From the NCBI RefSeq assembly GCF_009914755.1, contig NC_060926.1: a stretch of DNA of 64,000 bases; one strand, written 5' to 3'. Made by a program: the position numbers and the translations under genes. Below the pieces are notes generated by a model. It was not told where the DNA came from, did no database searches, and saw only the letters and a program-made list of their open reading frames with translations. How positions within the stretch are numbered: the first letter of the stretch is position 1; each line of letters opens with the position of its first letter. This stretch comes from the human T2T-CHM13v2.0 reference genome, Homo sapiens. Shown here piece by piece: positions 57,976-64,000 of this stretch.

Positions 57976-59673
57976 AAAGTGTTATTGGTCTTCGAGATGA
58001 GGTAGAGATGGATATGAGTAGAAAGCGTATTCAAAGAGATAATAACATGAACATCCCAAATCCAGAGAGAGAGATCAGTGTCCAAGGAAAAGAAGGTTAT
58101 AGGATATCAAGCAGATTTAACCATAAGAAGACTAACTCAAGGAATTTAATAATCAAACTTTTGAAGTTCAAGGATAAAGAAAGGATCCTAAAGGCAGCAA
58201 GATAAATGAAACCAATAACATGTAGTGGAGCTTCAATATGTCTGGGAGCAGACTTTTTATTGGAAACTTTATAGGATGGGAGAGAGTGTAATAACATATA
58301 TAAAGAGCTGGAGGGTGAAAAAAACTTTTACTATAGACTAGTATATACAGTGAAAATATTCTTCAAACATGAAGAAGAAATAACGACATTCTGAGACAAA
58401 CAAAAGCTGAGAAATTTCATTAATACCAAGACCTTTCTACAAGACATGCTAAAAAGAGTACTTGAATTAGAAAGAAAATTGTATTATTAATCAATAAATC
58501 ATTACCTGAGGGTACAAAACTCACTAGTAATAGTAAGCACACAGAAAAACACAGAATATTATAACACTGTACTGTAGTGTGTAAACTACTCTTATCCTAA
58601 GTAAAAAGACTAAATGATGAAAAAATTTTAAAAAATACAACTTTTTAAATCATAGTCAACACAGTAAGATATAAATAGAAACAATAAAAGTTAAAAAGCA
58701 GGGGAACTAAGTTAAGGCATAGATTTTTTTATTAGTTTTCTTTTTGCTTGTTTATGTATTTGTTAATGCAAATAATGTTGTTATTTGTTTAAAATATCAG
58801 TTATAAGATAGTATTTGCAAACTTTATGGTAACCTCAAATCAAAAATCCATACAATAAATACACAAAAAAATGGAAAACTAAATATCAACAGAGAAAAAT
58901 TACCTTCACTAGAGGAAAGCAGAAAGGAAAGAAACAAAGAAAAGAAGGCCACAAAACAACCAGAAAAGAAGTGACAAAATGGCAGGAATAAGTCCTTAGA
59001 TATCAATAATAACATTAAAGGTAAATGAACCAAACTCTGCAATCAAAAGTTATAGGCTGGTTGTATGGGTAAAAAAAAAAAGATCCATTCATCTGTTGCT
59101 TACAAGAAATGCATTTCACCTATAAAGGCACACATAGACTAAAAATAAAGGGACAGAAAAATATGCCATGCCAATGGAAACCAACAAAGAGCAAGAGTAG
59201 CTATACTTATATCAGACAAAATAGATTATAAGACAAAAACTATAAAAAGAGACAAAGAAGGTCATTATATATTGATAAAGGGGTAAATTAAGCAAGAGGA
59301 CCTAACAATTTTAAATATATATGCAACCAACACTGTAGCACCCGGATATATAAAGCAAATATTATTAGTGCTAAAGAGAGATAGACCCCAATACAATAAT
59401 AGCTGTAGACTTCAAAAGCCTACTTTCAGTATTGGACAGATTTACGACAGAAAAACCAATAAAGAAACACTGGACTCAATCTATATTATAAATCAAATGG
59501 ATCTATTATAATAGATATTTATGGAACATTACATCCAACAGTTGCAGAATAGAATACACATTCTGTTTCTCAGAACATGAATCATTCTCAAGGACAGACC
59601 ATATGTTAGGTCACAAAACAATTCCTAAAACATTCAAAAAATTAAAATAATATCAAGAATCTTATCTGGTAAC

Positions 59674-59743
59674 AATGAAATAAAACTAGAAAATAATAAC
59701 AAGAAATTAATGAAATAAAACTAGAAATTAATAACAAGAAATT
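59674..59743. repeat. 35-bp tandem duplication inside L1MA ORF2
   Basis: aatgaaataaaactagaaa(a/t)taataacaagaaatt x2. Confidence 0.9.
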
Positions 59744-60224
59744 AATTAATAAAAACAAATTAATAAATCTTGGAAGCTATGCATGTATATAGAAATTTAA
59801 AAATATGCTCCTAAATCATCAGTGGTTCATTGAAGAAATTAAGAAGGCAATTGATACATTTTTTGAAACAAATGGTAATAGAAAAACAACATACCAAGAC
59901 CTATGGGATACAGCAAAAGCGGTACTCAGACGCAAGTTTATAGCCATAAGTGCTGCATTAAAAAAGGGAACAGGCTTCAAATAAACAATCTAACATTGTA
60001 TATTAAAGAACTAGAATACCAAGAGCAAACCAAACTCAAAACTAGTAGAAGAAAATAAATAATAAGGATCTGAAAAGAAATTAATGAAATTGAAATGAAA
60101 GGAAAAATACAAAAATAGATATAACAAAAAGTTGTTTTTTACAAAAGATAAACAAAATTGACATACCTTTAGCCATACTAAGAGAAAAAGAGAGAAGGTC
60201 TCAGTAAATAAAATCAGAAATTAA

Positions 60225-62566
<2,342 letters not shown>

Positions 62567-63039
62567 AAATTAAAAAGGGAAAATTACAACTGGTACTGCA
62601 AATATTCAAGGGATCATTAGTGGCTACTATGAGCAATTATATGCCAATAAATTGGAAAATCTAGAAAAACTTGAAAATCTTGTGGGTTCTATACAACCTA
62701 TCAAGATTGAACTTAATTGAACAGACCAATAACATACAAGACTGAAACTGTAATAAAAAGTTTGGCAGTGAAGAAAACCTCAGGACTTAATGGCTTCACA
62801 CCTGATTTCTATCAAATATTTAAAGAATAAATAATACCATACCAGTTGTACTCAAACTATTTCCACAACTAGAGGAGAAAATGTTTCTAAACTCGTTCTA
62901 TGAGGCCAGTATTACCCTGATATCAAACCTAACAAAGACCCATCAATAAAATAATGCTACAGGCCAATATCTCTGATGAATATTAATGCAAACATTTTCA
63001 ATAAAATACTAGCAAACTGAATTCACCAGTACATGAGAA

Positions 63040-63067
63040 AGATCATTTATTATAGATCATTTATTAT
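63040..63067. repeat. 14-bp tandem duplication
   Basis: agatcatttattat x2. Confidence 0.85.
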
Positions 63068-64000
63068 GACCAAATGCGATTTATCCCTGGGATGCAAGAA
63101 TGATTCAACATACACAAATCAATCAACATGATACATCATGTCAATGGAATGAAGGATAAAAACCATACAATCATTTCAATTGATGCTGAAAAGGCATTTC
63201 ATAAAATTCATCATCTCTTAATGATAAAAATCATCAAAAAAAAGAACTAGAAATAGAGAGAACATAGCTCAACATAATAAAAGCCTTATATGACAGGCCC
63301 ACAGGTAGTATCATACTGAATGGGGATAAACTAAAAGCCTTTCCTCTAAGATCTGGAACATGACAAATATGGCCACTGTCACCACTGTTATTCAACGTAG
63401 TACTGGAATTCCTAGCTAGAGCAATTACACAAGAGAAGATATAAAGGGCATCCAAATTGGAAAATAAGAAGTTAAAATATCCTTGTTGGCTGATGATATG
63501 ATCCTACATTTGGAAAAACCTAAGGACTCCACAGGAAAATTATTTAGAACTGATTGACAAATTTAGCAAAGTTGTAGGCTATAAAATCAACATACAAAAA
63601 TCAATAACATTTCTATATGCCAACAGAGAACAATGTGAAAAAGAAATAAAAAGATAATCCTCTATACAATAGCCGCAAATAAAATTAAACATGAAGGAAT
63701 TAACCTAACCAAGGCATTGTACACAAAGCCTATAGTTCAATGAGAAAACAGTTTGGTAGATAAGGCAGCTCTACGAGGAAAAGAGCTTGTAGGGATATAT
63801 TGATAAGTATAGGACTCGGTAAATGTTATTTACTGAATGTTGTTCTTGTATTTGATAAACCTCCAATTCTGATTCTAAAAATTATATTTCCATTTAGAAT
63901 TTTCATAACAATAGTGAATTGCAACTCTTTCAGTCTTCCAAACAAATCCTTTTTATTATCTTTATTATTCAATGAGAAGCAAAATTCAAGTTTATCATGC

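Overview
This is AT-rich, repeat-saturated primate DNA. It is very probably human, since it carries AluY copies and an L1 3' end with the human-lineage ACG diagnostic. It looks like a gene desert or a large intron. I can support no host protein-coding exon, RNA gene or CpG island. The long ORFs are L1 ORF2 remnants, and the short ones are Alu/L1/MaLR read-throughs or chance. Content: two large L1MA2/3-type LINEs (one near full length), an L1PB-type LINE with a ~112-bp monomer array in its 5'UTR, older L1M/L2/MIR relics, four young L1PA/L1HS-type 3' fragments, 14 Alus, several MaLR LTRs, and DNA-transposon fossils (a full-length HSMAR2, MER44A, MADE1, MER58). I found no new biological system. 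The most interesting signals are DNA repair and recombination scars: an inverted L1PA pair with a 254-bp identical tract and shared private variants, a deletion patched by a 255-bp inverted local copy, a 46-bp templated insertion at an L1 deletion, and a collapsed THE1 provirus posing as a solo LTR. Subfamily names come from recalled consensus sequences and need RepeatMasker/Dfam confirmation.
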